From the NCBI GenBank assembly GCA_052145815.1, contig JBKQNU010000103.1, positions 44,836-108,835 of the forward strand: DNA of 64,000 bases. The letters are read 5' to 3'. Origin of the DNA: Terracidiphilus sp. (GTDB lineage Bacteria; Acidobacteriota; Terriglobia; Terriglobales; Acidobacteriaceae). This document shows, piece after piece, positions 50,493 through 60,014 of this stretch (within the stretch, counting starts at the first letter, position 1; every line of letters starts with the position of its first letter). The notes below the pieces were generated by a model. It was not told the origin of the DNA. It saw nothing but the letters and a program-made list of their open reading frames with translations, and ran no database searches. A program made the translations under genes and the position numbers.

Positions 50493-51293
50493 ATGAGTAG
50501 CTGGAGGACCGGGTTGAGTTACTTAACCATTCTAGTCGCGGAACATGCTGGCGTCCGGACAATTACCTTGAATCGTCCCGAGCGCCGCAATGCAATGACT
50601 CCCGAGATGCAGGTCGAGTTGATTGCCGCAATGGAAGAAGCGGTCGCCGGGACGTGCCGCGTCGTCGTTCTAAAGGGCGCGGGCGAGGCATTCTGTTCGG
50701 GTCTCGATCTGTCTGTGCTGCAGAGCATGAACGACAAGCCCGCCGCCGAGCATCGCGCGGATGCCGAGCGAATCGCCACGCTATTCCGCAAATTATATGA
50801 ATTGCCCAAGCCGACCATCGCCGCGGTTCACGGCCCTGCCATCGCCGGCGGCACCAGCCTGGCCACTCTCTGCGACTTCACCGTCGCTGTACCCGCAGCA
50901 AAGTTTGGCTATACCGAGGCGCGCATCGGCTTTGTCCCGGCTATTGTGTCGGCCTTCCTGGCGCTTCAAATTGGCGACAAGCGTTCCCGCGATCTGCTGC
51001 TGACCGGCCGCTTCTTCGACGCCGCTGAAGCCTATCGCCTTGGCCTCGTCAATGAAGTGGTGCAGCCGGATGCACTTGAAGAACGTGTTCAGGCGTTGGC
51101 GCAGGCACTGGCAGCGAACAGTCCGCAATCGCAGGCGGGGACCAAACGCCTGCTGGCAGCGCAGAACAAGGCCTGGCTCGACGTGGCAATTGCACAAGCG
51201 ATGGAAGCAAACGCACAGGCCCGGGACACTGCGGGTTTTAGAGAAGGCATTGCGGCGTTTCTGGAGAAGAGAAAGCCGGTTTGGTCAAAGTAG
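50493..51293 (+). CDS. Enoyl-CoA hydratase (methylglutaconyl-CoA hydratase-like)
   Basis: LNRPERRNAM, FCSGLDL, AIAGG, EGIAAFLEKRKP. Confidence 0.9.
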   Translation: MSSWRTGLSYLTILVAEHAGVRTITLNRPERRNAMTPEMQVELIAAMEEAVAGTCRVVVLKGAGEAFCSGLDLSVLQSMNDKPAAEHRADAERIATLFRKLYELPKPTIAAVHGPAIAGGTSLATLCDFTVAVPAAKFGYTEARIGFVPAIVSAFLALQIGDKRSRDLLLTGRFFDAAEAYRLGLVNEVVQPDALEERVQALAQALAANSPQSQAGTKRLLAAQNKAWLDVAIAQAMEANAQARDTAGFREGIAAFLEKRKPVWSK

Positions 51294-51373
51294 CGATCAG
51301 TGATGTTGCAGTGCCTTATCGCTGAAACGCAACGGTGCGTCTGCGTTCCGCTCCACCTGCTCGAATCTGGAAA

Positions 51374-51450
51374 TGGTAGGCACGACTGGATTCGAACCAG
51401 CGACCTCTTCCGTGTCAAGGAAGCGCTCTAACCAACTGAGCTACGCGCCT
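51374..51450 (-). tRNA. tRNA-Val(GAC)
   Basis: AGGCGCGTAGCTCAGTTGGTTAGAGCGCTTCCTT-GAC-ACGGAAGAGGTCGCTGGTTCGAATCCAGTCGTGCCTACCA; 77 nt with encoded CCA. Confidence 0.97.
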
Positions 51451-51634
51451 GCAAAGCAACTCAAATCAGTTTATCAGGATCGGGGAAAGAAGGCGATGCT
51501 GGAGCGGCTTGCGTTACTGTACCATCGTTCACGAAGGCAGACGCCTATCTGCGTAAACCCGCGGAGCAGCGGCGGAAATAAATCCAGTGCGGCCGGTTGT
51601 GTAGCGCAGCTGGCTGCTGTAAGTTGATTCTTCC

Positions 51635-52231
51635 ATGTCCGACGTTTCGAGCACGCAGCTGAACCCATTCCGCACTGCTCCCAACCTGCTGACGCTGGTG
51701 CGCATCTGTCTGGCCCCGTTCCTGGTGGCGGCAATCCTGGAAGATCACTATGCGGTGAGTTTTTACCTGTTTGTTGCCGCGGGGCTCACGGATGCGCTGG
51801 ACGGATCGTTGGCCCGCGTGCTGAAGCAGCGCTCCATGCTAGGCCAGTATCTCGATCCGGTGGCCGACAAACTGCTTTTGAGCACGCTGTTTCTCGTTCT
51901 GATGCACAAAGGGCTGATTCCTACCCGGGTGACGGTAATGGTTTTTGGCAGGGATGTAGCAATTCTGGTGGTTGCGGCGATACTTTATGCAGCAGCCGGC
52001 AGGCGGGAGTTCATCCCCAGCATCTTCGGCAAGGCAAATACCTTCGCCCAGGTGGCCGCGGTTGCCGCCGTGTTGCTGCACCAGATGACCGATGCCTACT
52101 GGGTTTCTGAGGTACGCATGATCGCACTCGGCGCCACCATGGTGCTGACCGTGGTGTCCGGCTTCCATTACGCATGGCTGGTCTCGCGCCGGGTGGGCTT
52201 GCCGGTGAGCGGAGACCCCATTGCCAGGTAA
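51635..52231 (+). CDS. CDP-alcohol phosphatidyltransferase (PgsA-like)
   Basis: PNLLTLVR; TDALDGSLAR...GQYLDPVADK motif. Confidence 0.92.
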   Translation: MSDVSSTQLNPFRTAPNLLTLVRICLAPFLVAAILEDHYAVSFYLFVAAGLTDALDGSLARVLKQRSMLGQYLDPVADKLLLSTLFLVLMHKGLIPTRVTVMVFGRDVAILVVAAILYAAAGRREFIPSIFGKANTFAQVAAVAAVLLHQMTDAYWVSEVRMIALGATMVLTVVSGFHYAWLVSRRVGLPVSGDPIAR

Positions 52232-52249
52232 GAACCTTTGTTTTGGGTC

Positions 52250-52414
52250 TTAGTCTTCGTCCAAGGCGTCCTCAGTTTCAGCGGTTTCCTCAATCTCCAT
52301 GTCGCGGAACTCCTCGGAGTCAAAGACCTCGCCACATTCCAGGCACTCGACATACTCGGTGTCTTCGTGCCGGGAAACGATGCGTACCCTTGGGTGCTTG
52401 CAGATGGTCGCCAT
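52250..52414 (-). CDS. Small acidic zinc-ribbon-like protein (54 aa)
   Basis: MATICKHPRVRIVSRHEDTEYVECLECGEVFDSEEFRDMEIEE...; CxH and CxxC. Confidence 0.6.
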   Translation of the reverse strand: MATICKHPRVRIVSRHEDTEYVECLECGEVFDSEEFRDMEIEETAETEDALDED

Positions 52415-52555
52415 TGCTTCGGGTTCGGTAAGAATACTCCCTCTTTCCGCAAGATTGTAGCGGTCTTTTCCATAATTTGAAACGTGTTTTTGTTGAATCT
52501 TTCGTGTCCGTCCAAGATTCTTCGCGCCGGGAATCGAAACGTTTCCGGACGGGGC

Positions 52556-52611
52556 TTGAAATCCCGACAGAAATGGTCGTATACTGAACACGGACTGAAG
52601 AAGTCGGATAT
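52556..52611 (+). promoter_or_regulatory. isc promoter with two IscR type-1-like boxes
   Basis: TTGAAA-18-TATACT; GAC-N7-GTC dyads at 52560-52584 and 52587-52611. Confidence 0.7.
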
Positions 52612-52614
52612 TGA

Positions 52615-53076
52615 ATGCTCAAGCTGACCAAGAAGGCGGATTACGGGTTGATGGCGCTCAAGTACCTCGCCGAGCACCCCGAAAAACCTGCGTTGAGCGC
52701 CAAGGATGTTGCTGACGCATATGGGATTCCGGCGCAGCTTCTGGCCAAGATTTTGCAGTTGCTCACCAAGAACGGGCTGCTCCGTTCGCACGCTGGCATG
52801 AACGGCGGGTACGCATTGGCGCGCGATGCACGAGAGATTTCGGCCTACGAAGTGATCCACGCCATCGACGGGCCGTTTTTCATTACCTCCTGCACCAAGG
52901 GCGCCAAGAACTGCGACCTTACACCCAGTTGCACCATCAAAGAGCCGTTGGCTCGAGTAAACGACACCATCGCCGGCGTACTGAAAAGCATCAGTATTCA
53001 GGACCTGGCAGAGCACGAGCAACCGGCGCACAAGGCGCACGCAGCGCAGGGACTGGTTGCACTGACGTTGGGATGA
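52615..53076 (+). CDS. iscR: Rrf2 family regulator (IscR-like)
   Basis: LTKKADYGL, GMNGGYALAR, C-x6-C-x5-C; first gene of the isc operon. Confidence 0.85.
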   Translation: MLKLTKKADYGLMALKYLAEHPEKPALSAKDVADAYGIPAQLLAKILQLLTKNGLLRSHAGMNGGYALARDAREISAYEVIHAIDGPFFITSCTKGAKNCDLTPSCTIKEPLARVNDTIAGVLKSISIQDLAEHEQPAHKAHAAQGLVALTLG

Positions 53077-53202
53077 ATTTGGCATCAGGTTGATTTTGGC
53101 ATTCGGATGGATTTGGCGCAGTAACCGAAGGCCAGCTTGAAGGTTATTTCGTCCTCCGCCAAAAGGCGGAGAAGAGTACTGAGAGGGATGGAGAACAAGA
53201 AA

Positions 53203-54456
53203 ATGGCTACAGTTGCCAGCAATGTAGAAGTGCCGGCCGGCGTGAGCTTGCCGATTTACATGGATAATCACGCCACCAGCCCCATGGATCCGCGGGTTCT
53301 GGAAGCGATGCTGCCCTATTTCACTACCAAATTTGGGAACGCGGCCAGCCGCAACCACTCCTTCGGATGGGAAGCAGAGCAGGCTGTGGAGACGGCGCGC
53401 GAGCAGATTGCCAAGCTGATCGGGGCTACCGCCAAGGAGATCATCTTTACCTCCGGTGCTACCGAGAGCAACAATCTTGCCATCAAGGGCATTGCCGAGA
53501 TGTACCGCGAGCGCGGCAACCACATCATCACCCAGGTTACCGAGCACAAGGCGGTGCTGGACACCTGCAAGCGCCTGGAGAAATACGGCTACCGCGTGAC
53601 CTATCTGCCGGTGAAGGCGGACGGATTGATCGATCTTGAAGACCTGAAGCGGGCCATGGACGACAAGACCATTCTCGTGAGCATCATGGCTGCCAACAAC
53701 GAGATCGGCGTGTTGCAGCCCATCCGCGAAATCGGCAAGCTTTGTCATGAAAAGGGCGTCATCTTCCACACCGATGCCGTCCAGGCTGTGGGCAAGGTTC
53801 CGGTCAACGTGATTGCCGATAACATTGACGTGCTGTCGCTCTCCGGACACAAGATTTACGGACCCAAGGGCGTTGGAGCTCTGTACGTTCGCCGCCGCAA
53901 CCCCCGCGTCCAAATCGCGGCCCAGATTGACGGAGGCGGCCACGAGCGCGGGATGCGGTCTGGAACCTTGAATGTGCCCGGCATTGTGGGCCTGGGCAAG
54001 GCATGCGAGATCGCTCTCGAGGAGATGGACTCCGAGGCAGCCTATCTCCGCGGCCTGCGCGACCGGCTGAAGGCGAAGCTTGAGTCCGAGCTTGACTACA
54101 TTCACGTGAACGGCTCTTGGGAGCATCGCCTCCCCGGCAACCTGAACATGAGCTTCGTGTATGTAGAAGGCGAGTCGCTCCTGATGGGAATCAACGATGT
54201 TGCGGTTTCCTCGGGTTCCGCCTGCACCTCGGCAACGCTTGAACCATCGTATGTTCTGAAGGCCCTGGGACTGGGCGACGACGTGGCTCACAGTTCCATT
54301 CGCTTTGGTCTCGGCCGATTCAACACCCAGGCGGAAGTGGACTACGTTGCCGCCAAGGTGATCGACATTGTGAAGAAACTGCGCCAGCTTTCACCGCTTT
54401 ACGAGATGGTGCTGGAAGGCATTGACCTGACCAAGATTCAGTGGGCGGCGCACTAA
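53203..54456 (+). CDS. iscS: Cysteine desulfurase
   Basis: [32 protein letters not shown]. Confidence 0.97.
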   Translation: MATVASNVEVPAGVSLPIYMDNHATSPMDPRVLEAMLPYFTTKFGNAASRNHSFGWEAEQAVETAREQIAKLIGATAKEIIFTSGATESNNLAIKGIAEMYRERGNHIITQVTEHKAVLDTCKRLEKYGYRVTYLPVKADGLIDLEDLKRAMDDKTILVSIMAANNEIGVLQPIREIGKLCHEKGVIFHTDAVQAVGKVPVNVIADNIDVLSLSGHKIYGPKGVGALYVRRRNPRVQIAAQIDGGGHERGMRSGTLNVPGIVGLGKACEIALEEMDSEAAYLRGLRDRLKAKLESELDYIHVNGSWEHRLPGNLNMSFVYVEGESLLMGINDVAVSSGSACTSATLEPSYVLKALGLGDDVAHSSIRFGLGRFNTQAEVDYVAAKVIDIVKKLRQLSPLYEMVLEGIDLTKIQWAAH

Positions 54457-54462
54457 GACGAG

Positions 54463-54561
54463 GGGTCAGGGATCAGGGGTCAGAGATCAGGGCCGATGGG
54501 CCAATGACGAGCATCGAAGCACTGATCCCCGAACCCTGATCTCTGGTCTCTGATCTCTGAC
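54463..54561. repeat. Heptamer tandem arrays in inverted orientation
   Basis: GGGTCAG GGATCAG GGGTCAG AGATCAG ... CTGATCC CCGAACC CTGATCT CTGGTCT CTGATCT CTGAC. Confidence 0.8.
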
Positions 54562-54599
54562 AACTTACACCGCGGCTTCCCCGCAGAAGGATGGCACCA

Positions 54600-55019
54600 A
54601 TGGCATACAGCGACAAGGTAATCGACCACTACAATAATCCCCGCAACGTGGGCCAACTGGACAAGTCTTCTACCGAGGTTGGCACCGGCTTGGTCGGCGC
54701 GCCGGAGTGCGGCGACGTGATGCGTCTGCAGATTCGCGTGAACCCTGAGACGCAGGTCATCGAAGAAGCCAAGTTCAAGACCTTTGGCTGCGGTTCTGCA
54801 ATCGCCAGCTCCTCGCTCGCCACCGAGTGGATCAAGGGCAAGACGGTCAGCGACGCGCTCGAAATCAAGAACACCGACATCGTCAAGGAGCTCTCCCTGC
54901 CCCCGGTCAAGATTCACTGCTCGGTGCTGGCTGAGGACGCCATTCGCGCCGCCATTGGCGACTGGAAGAAGAAGAACGGCGTAGCCGAGGCAGTTGAGGC
55001 AACAGCCGCAGCGCACTAA
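54600..55019 (+). CDS. iscU: Fe-S scaffold IscU
   Basis: MAYSDKVIDHY, APECGD, FGCGSAIASSS, LPPVKIHCS. Confidence 0.97.
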   Translation: MAYSDKVIDHYNNPRNVGQLDKSSTEVGTGLVGAPECGDVMRLQIRVNPETQVIEEAKFKTFGCGSAIASSSLATEWIKGKTVSDALEIKNTDIVKELSLPPVKIHCSVLAEDAIRAAIGDWKKKNGVAEAVEATAAAH

Positions 55020-55046
55020 GGGACGCTGGGATAGCACCGCGGCCCC

Positions 55047-55093
55047 GTGCCCCATCCATTCGCGCTCTTTGCAGATGGGTGGGAAACCACAAA
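55047..55093. repeat. Family A palindrome between iscU and iscA
   Basis: GTGCCCCATCCATTCGCG...GATGGGTGGGAAACCACAAA. Confidence 0.85.
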
Positions 55094-55122
55094 AGCCCGG
55101 TGCCGGACGAGAAAAGGCAAGC

Positions 55123-55545
55123 ATGTCGAACATGGTGACAATTGAATCGAAGCCTGCGGAAGGGGCATTTGCGACGCAGACGCAAGCGTCCGCTACGCCG
55201 CAGGCGCCTGGTCAGGGACTCCAGATAACGGACCGCGCCATCAAGCGCATCCGTGCAGCCATGGCCAAGGAAGGCGTCTCGCCCGAAGAGGGCGGACTGC
55301 GCCTGGGCGTCATGGGCGGCGGCTGCTCCGGGCTCTCCTATTCCATCAAGTTCGACACGCGGCCACGGGAGCGCGACCGCATTTATAACTTCGACGGCGT
55401 GAGGGTCTTCGTCGACCCGAAGTCGTTTCTGTATCTGCACGGCATGACGCTGGACTACGAAGAAACGCTGATGCGGCAGGGATTCAACTTCATCAATCCA
55501 AACTCCTTGCGCTCCTGCGGCTGCGGTTCGTCGTTCTCCTCCTAG
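55123..55545 (+). CDS. iscA: Fe-S assembly A-type carrier
   Basis: GGGCSGLSY; NPN..SCGCGSSF. Confidence 0.93.
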   Translation: MSNMVTIESKPAEGAFATQTQASATPQAPGQGLQITDRAIKRIRAAMAKEGVSPEEGGLRLGVMGGGCSGLSYSIKFDTRPRERDRIYNFDGVRVFVDPKSFLYLHGMTLDYEETLMRQGFNFINPNSLRSCGCGSSFSS

Positions 55546-55594
55546 AGTCGCGTCTAAGAGGACTCGCAGCGTCCGTTTCACCAAGAGTCCAACT

Positions 55595-56299
55595 ATGCTC
55601 AAAGTCATCGATACCGCGGTTCCGATTGCGTGCTGGTCATGTTCCGTCGCTCATAACGACTCCACGCTGTTCTGCCCGCATTGCAGCAAGATTCAGCCCG
55701 CCGCCGCGGGCGATTTTTTTCGGGTCTTCAGCCTGGACCGCGGCTTTCAAATCGACCTTCCGGCGTTGGAGACCGAGTTCCACCGCCTGAGCCGCAAGTT
55801 GCATCCCGACCGCTTCGCGCGCGCCAGCGAGCAGGAACGCGAATGGAGCCTGGCCGACACAGCTCTGCTCAACGACGCCTACCGCACCCTCAAAGATCCG
55901 CTTCACCGCACCGAATACCTGCTCAAGCTGGAAGGCGCGGAAATTGGTGAAGAGCATGCAGGTAAGGATCGCAAGAACCAGCAGGATCCCTCCCGCGTCC
56001 CAAACGATCTGCTCGAAGAGGTCTTCGAGTTAAACATGCAGCTTGAAGAGATGCGCATGGCTCGCAAAATGGGCGAGGAAGATCCCGCGCTTCAAGCTGA
56101 TCTCGAAAAGGCGAAGAAGAAATTCGAAGGCCTGCTGGCGGCTGTCGATGAAGACCTGCGCGCTCAATGGCGCGTCTGGGACACCGGCGACAGCGCAGCG
56201 CGCAAGGCCGCGCAGAAGACCATGGTGGCCCTGCTTGACCGGCGCCGCTATCTCAGCAATCTGGTCCGTGACGTTACCGAGACCCTTGGAGCAGCTTGA
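55595..56299 (+). CDS. hscB: Co-chaperone HscB with an N-terminal tetracysteine motif
   Basis: CWSC...CPHC; J-domain HPD; LNDAYRTLKDP. Confidence 0.92.
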   Translation: MLKVIDTAVPIACWSCSVAHNDSTLFCPHCSKIQPAAAGDFFRVFSLDRGFQIDLPALETEFHRLSRKLHPDRFARASEQEREWSLADTALLNDAYRTLKDPLHRTEYLLKLEGAEIGEEHAGKDRKNQQDPSRVPNDLLEEVFELNMQLEEMRMARKMGEEDPALQADLEKAKKKFEGLLAAVDEDLRAQWRVWDTGDSAARKAAQKTMVALLDRRRYLSNLVRDVTETLGAA

Positions 56300-56357
56300 C
56301 TCGCATTTGCGTGTCAAGCTGAGATGAGCCCCATGCTGGAAATCCCGCAAACGCCCC

Positions 56358-56404
56358 GTGCCCCATCCATTCGCGCTTTTTGCGGATGGGTGGGAAACCA
56401 CAAA
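56358..56404. repeat. Family A palindrome between hscB and hscA
   Basis: GTGCCCCATCCATTCGCG...GGATGGGTGGGAAACCACAAA. Confidence 0.85.
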
Positions 56405-56446
56405 TCTCAACCAGAATCCCGTTCAAAGGGAGCTTAAAAGACAAGC

Positions 56447-58387
56447 ATGGCGGATGGACGTGTAGTTGGAATCGATCTCGGAACCACCAATTCTCTGGTC
56501 GCTTATATGCAGGGCGATGCGCCGGTGGTCATTCCCGGCGTGGACGGCTCAAACCTGGTGCCTTCCGTGGTCGCGCTCGATCCCGTTCCGGCCGATGGCG
56601 GCCGTCCTACAGTTACAGTAGGAAACACCGCGCGCCGCGCCCTCATCGAGACGCCGGAGCGAGTGATCTACTCGGTCAAGCGTCTCATGGGCCGTGGCCT
56701 TCATGAGATTCAGGATGAGCTCAGACTCTTCCCCTTCCGGATTGCGGAAGATGTTGAGGAAGGTGAAGTCCCTCGCATCCAGCTAGGCGAGCTCAAGTTT
56801 ACGCCGCCGGAGATTTCTGCCTATATCCTGCGCCAGCTCAAGCGCAACGCCGAGCGCTTCTTCGGCGCTCCCGTCACCCAGGCTGTCATCACCGTGCCCG
56901 CGTACTTCAACGATGCGCAGCGCCAGGCCACCAAGGACGCCGGTCGCATGGCCGGCCTGGAAGTTCTGCGCCTGGTCAACGAGCCCACCGCAGCCGCGCT
57001 CGCCTATGGCCTTGATCGTGCCAAGGAAGGCACCATCGCCGTCTACGATCTGGGTGGCGGCACGTTCGACATCTCCATTCTCAAGCTGCGCGACGGCATA
57101 TTCGAAGTGCAATCCACCAACGGTGACACGCACCTGGGCGGCGACGACATCGACAACCTGCTCCTCGCCATTGCCCTCGACGAAATCTACGCCGAGCACG
57201 GCGTCGACCTGCGCACGCATCCCGGCGCGGTGCAGGCCTTGCGCAAGGCAGCCATCGACGCCAAAATCGCGCTCTCCACCGAGCCGGCGGCGCGATTCGA
57301 CATCGAGCTGCCCAACGGCGACCGCTATCAGCGGGAAGTTCCCCGCGATGTTTTCGAGATCCTGATCGAGCCCGTGCTCAACCGCACCGTCGGCCCTTGC
57401 AAGCAGGCCCTCACTGACGCCGGCATCACGCCGGAGCAGATCGATGAAGTCGTACTGGTCGGCGGTTCCACGCGCATCCCCGCCGTCCGCCAGTTGGTCG
57501 ACGATCTTTTTCATCTCGCCGCACGTGGCAAAAAGCCGCACATCGAGCTCAATCCTGACGAGGTGGTCGCGCTGGGCGCCGCCGTGCAGGCAGACATTCT
57601 GGCCGGCGCTTCGAAGACGACCGAAGAACTGCTGCTGCTCGACGTAACACCGCTTTCGCTGGGCATCGAGGCCTTGGGCGGCACAGTCGCGCGCATCATC
57701 CAGCGCAACTCTACCATCCCCGCCTCAGCCACCGAGCACTTCACCACCGGCGTCGAAGGCCAGACCAACGTAGCCATCCACGTGGTGCAAGGCGAGCGCG
57801 AAATGGCCGCCGATTGCCGCTCGCTGGCGCGTTTTGATCTGCGCGGCATTCCCCCCATGAGCGCCGGTCTCCCGCGCATCGAGGTCAAGTTCCTTATCGA
57901 CGCCGACGGCATTCTGAAAGTCACGGCGCGCGAGCAGCGCTCGGGCCAGGCCGCCAAGATTGAAGTCAAGCCGACCTATGGATTGACGGACGAGCAGGTC
58001 GAGAGCATGATTCTCGATTCCTTCGATCATGCAGAAGAAGACTTTGCCAAGCGCCTGCTGATCGAAGCCCGCAACGAAGCAGAGACGATTCTCTCCGCGG
58101 TCGAGCGCGCTCCGCAGAGCGCCGTGTGGGCCGTGCTCACCGGCGAAGAGCAAGCCGCGATCGCCGCAGCCCGCGACCGGCTGCAGGCCGTCAAGCTGGG
58201 AGAGGACGCGAAGGCAATTCGCGACGCCACCTTGGCGCTCGATCGAGCAACGCGACGCTTTGCAGAGTTGATGATGGAGGCCGCCGTCAGCACAGCGATT
58301 CGCGGCAAGACCATGGACGCCGCCGATGAAGAGTTGGGCGAAGCTGTCACCGCTCCTCATCCCATGGCGCAGGCGGAGTTCAAATGA
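56447..58387 (+). CDS. hscA: Hsp70-family Fe-S chaperone HscA
   Basis: [30 protein letters not shown]; isc context. Confidence 0.93.
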   Translation: MADGRVVGIDLGTTNSLVAYMQGDAPVVIPGVDGSNLVPSVVALDPVPADGGRPTVTVGNTARRALIETPERVIYSVKRLMGRGLHEIQDELRLFPFRIAEDVEEGEVPRIQLGELKFTPPEISAYILRQLKRNAERFFGAPVTQAVITVPAYFNDAQRQATKDAGRMAGLEVLRLVNEPTAAALAYGLDRAKEGTIAVYDLGGGTFDISILKLRDGIFEVQSTNGDTHLGGDDIDNLLLAIALDEIYAEHGVDLRTHPGAVQALRKAAIDAKIALSTEPAARFDIELPNGDRYQREVPRDVFEILIEPVLNRTVGPCKQALTDAGITPEQIDEVVLVGGSTRIPAVRQLVDDLFHLAARGKKPHIELNPDEVVALGAAVQADILAGASKTTEELLLLDVTPLSLGIEALGGTVARIIQRNSTIPASATEHFTTGVEGQTNVAIHVVQGEREMAADCRSLARFDLRGIPPMSAGLPRIEVKFLIDADGILKVTAREQRSGQAAKIEVKPTYGLTDEQVESMILDSFDHAEEDFAKRLLIEARNEAETILSAVERAPQSAVWAVLTGEEQAAIAAARDRLQAVKLGEDAKAIRDATLALDRATRRFAELMMEAAVSTAIRGKTMDAADEELGEAVTAPHPMAQAEFK

Positions 58388-58531
58388 GATTCGAACAATC
58401 CGACTATCCGCCAGGCATAACGTGTCACCGCGCGTCTTCCAAGCTTACAGAAGAAGCCGATCTGAAACGCAGGAAGCGTCAATCATCCACCGGCGTTGCC
58501 GACGCACGGTTGCATGAAACAGCTTGCGGCG

Positions 58532-58698
58532 TTCTCCCGGCAGGGAGAATTGATAATAGCCCAGGACGAAGTCCTGGGAACACGTCCCGCAGATTCAGCT
58601 CCGTCCCGTAGGGACGGAACGAACTGGTTTCTTTTTAGCGCACGACTTTAGTCGTGCCGAACGGGCATCCAATTAAGACCGGGCTTTAGCCCCTGCGG
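58532..58698. repeat. Composite of family B (58532-58623) and family C (58640-58698) palindromes
   Basis: Matches the copies at 46284 and 48282; includes CCGTCCCGTAGGGACGG. Confidence 0.75.
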
Positions 58699-58741
58699 CA
58701 ATGCCGGTACACGCCGGCCAGAACTGGACGAGGCAACCGAT

Positions 58742-59155
58742 ATGAGCGAAGCGAACCAGAAGAACATCCCCGCCGACAAACTCGTGCGAGTCACCTTTCT
58801 TCCCGAAGGCAGAACCGTCGAATTCGAGTTCGGCACCCTGCCCTACGAACACCACGGCAAGCCCATGTCGTTTCTCGATGTGGCGGAGAACTTCGACATC
58901 TTTCTCGACCACGCCTGCGGCGGCGTCTGCGCCTGCACAACTTGCCACCTGTGGATCAAGGACCAGACCGGCATCAGCGAAGCCGATGACGACGAGCTTG
59001 ACCGCATGGACATGGCCGCCGACCAGCAGCTGGAATCGCGCCTCGGCTGCCAGGCCGTGATCACCAAGCCCGGTAATTATGTAGTCGAAATCCCCAAGTG
59101 GAACCGCAACTACGTTTCAGAGGGAAAGCCGCTCACATTGGCAGAAGGAAAGTAA
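58742..59155 (+). CDS. fdx: ISC [2Fe-2S] ferredoxin
   Basis: HACGGVCACTTCH; SRLGCQ. Confidence 0.93.
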   Translation: MSEANQKNIPADKLVRVTFLPEGRTVEFEFGTLPYEHHGKPMSFLDVAENFDIFLDHACGGVCACTTCHLWIKDQTGISEADDDELDRMDMAADQQLESRLGCQAVITKPGNYVVEIPKWNRNYVSEGKPLTLAEGK

Positions 59156-59164
59156 GGAGCGAAG

Positions 59165-59383
59165 ATGCCGCGCGAGATTCTATGGACCGACGCCGAAGAG
59201 ATCGGCATTCAATTGCAGGAGAAGTTTCCCGATGTGGACCCGTTGACGGTCCGCTTCACTGACCTGCACCGATACGTAACCGAGCTGCCCGGCTTTGCCG
59301 ACGACCCCGCCAAGTCCAACGAAAGCCGCCTGGAAGCCATCCAGATGGCCTGGCACGAGGAGTTTCAGGACGCGCAAGGGTAG
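59165..59383 (+). CDS. iscX: Fe-S assembly protein IscX
   Basis: WTDAEEI, DPLTVRFTDL, LEAIQMAW. Confidence 0.93.
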   Translation: MPREILWTDAEEIGIQLQEKFPDVDPLTVRFTDLHRYVTELPGFADDPAKSNESRLEAIQMAWHEEFQDAQG

Positions 59384-59413
59384 CCAGCCTTGTATCTCTC
59401 GTCAGGGGAGAAG

Positions 59414-59917
59414 TCACTCGGACCAAGGGTCGTATTCCTGCCGCTCACTCCAGCCGAAAGCTCCTTCAAAATGCACGAATTCCTTTTCCTGCCCTGGAAT
59501 GAGGTAGACGCTCAGGACGTCGAACCGCACCGGCGGGCTCGCCTTCATCGGCAACTGCCGCACGTAATGCCGAGCCAGCTTGCGCAGCGTATTGCGTTTG
59601 TCGGAGTCAACGGCAACTTCGGCAGCAGCCATATCGTGGGCCGTGCGCGTCTTAACCTCGATGAAACAGAGAAGCGGCCCCTGCCACGCGATCAGGTCGA
59701 GATCGCCCCGCTGGTAGCCGGAGGACCAGCGCCGCGCCACAACCGTGTAGCCCTTCCGTCCGAGGTAAAAGAAGGCCGCATCTTCGCCGTCGATCCCGGT
59801 CGTCAAATGTGCTGGCCGGCTCGTTGAACCGCCGCTGCGCCGCGCCGCCCATTTCATTCCTGCCAGAGCGTGCTCCAGGAAGTCGATGCGTTTCTGCTGC
59901 AGCCATCCCATGGCCAA
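59414..59917 (-). CDS. YraN family endonuclease-like protein
   Basis: GEDAA, GDLDLIA, FIEVKTR, RFDVL. Confidence 0.9.
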   Translation of the reverse strand: MAMGWLQQKRIDFLEHALAGMKWAARRSGGSTSRPAHLTTGIDGEDAAFFYLGRKGYTVVARRWSSGYQRGDLDLIAWQGPLLCFIEVKTRTAHDMAAAEVAVDSDKRNTLRKLARHYVRQLPMKASPPVRFDVLSVYLIPGQEKEFVHFEGAFGWSERQEYDPWSE

Positions 59918-60014
59918 TCATTCTCGTCCCGATGATGAGAACAAGCAAATGCGGCCCGATCCTTGTTCGCAGCGCGGGCCGCATTTACTGGCAAAGCTGG
60001 AACGTCTGAGAAGC

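Noticed and set aside
51374-51450. tRNA-Val as an island integration site
   Set aside because: No integrase or duplicated tRNA 3' end seen; flanks are housekeeping genes
52168-54291. 707-aa minus-strand ORF
   Set aside because: Antisense shadow of iscR-iscS with no recognisable motifs
58384-58611. 75-aa ORF after hscA
   Set aside because: Runs into the family B palindrome and has no protein-like features
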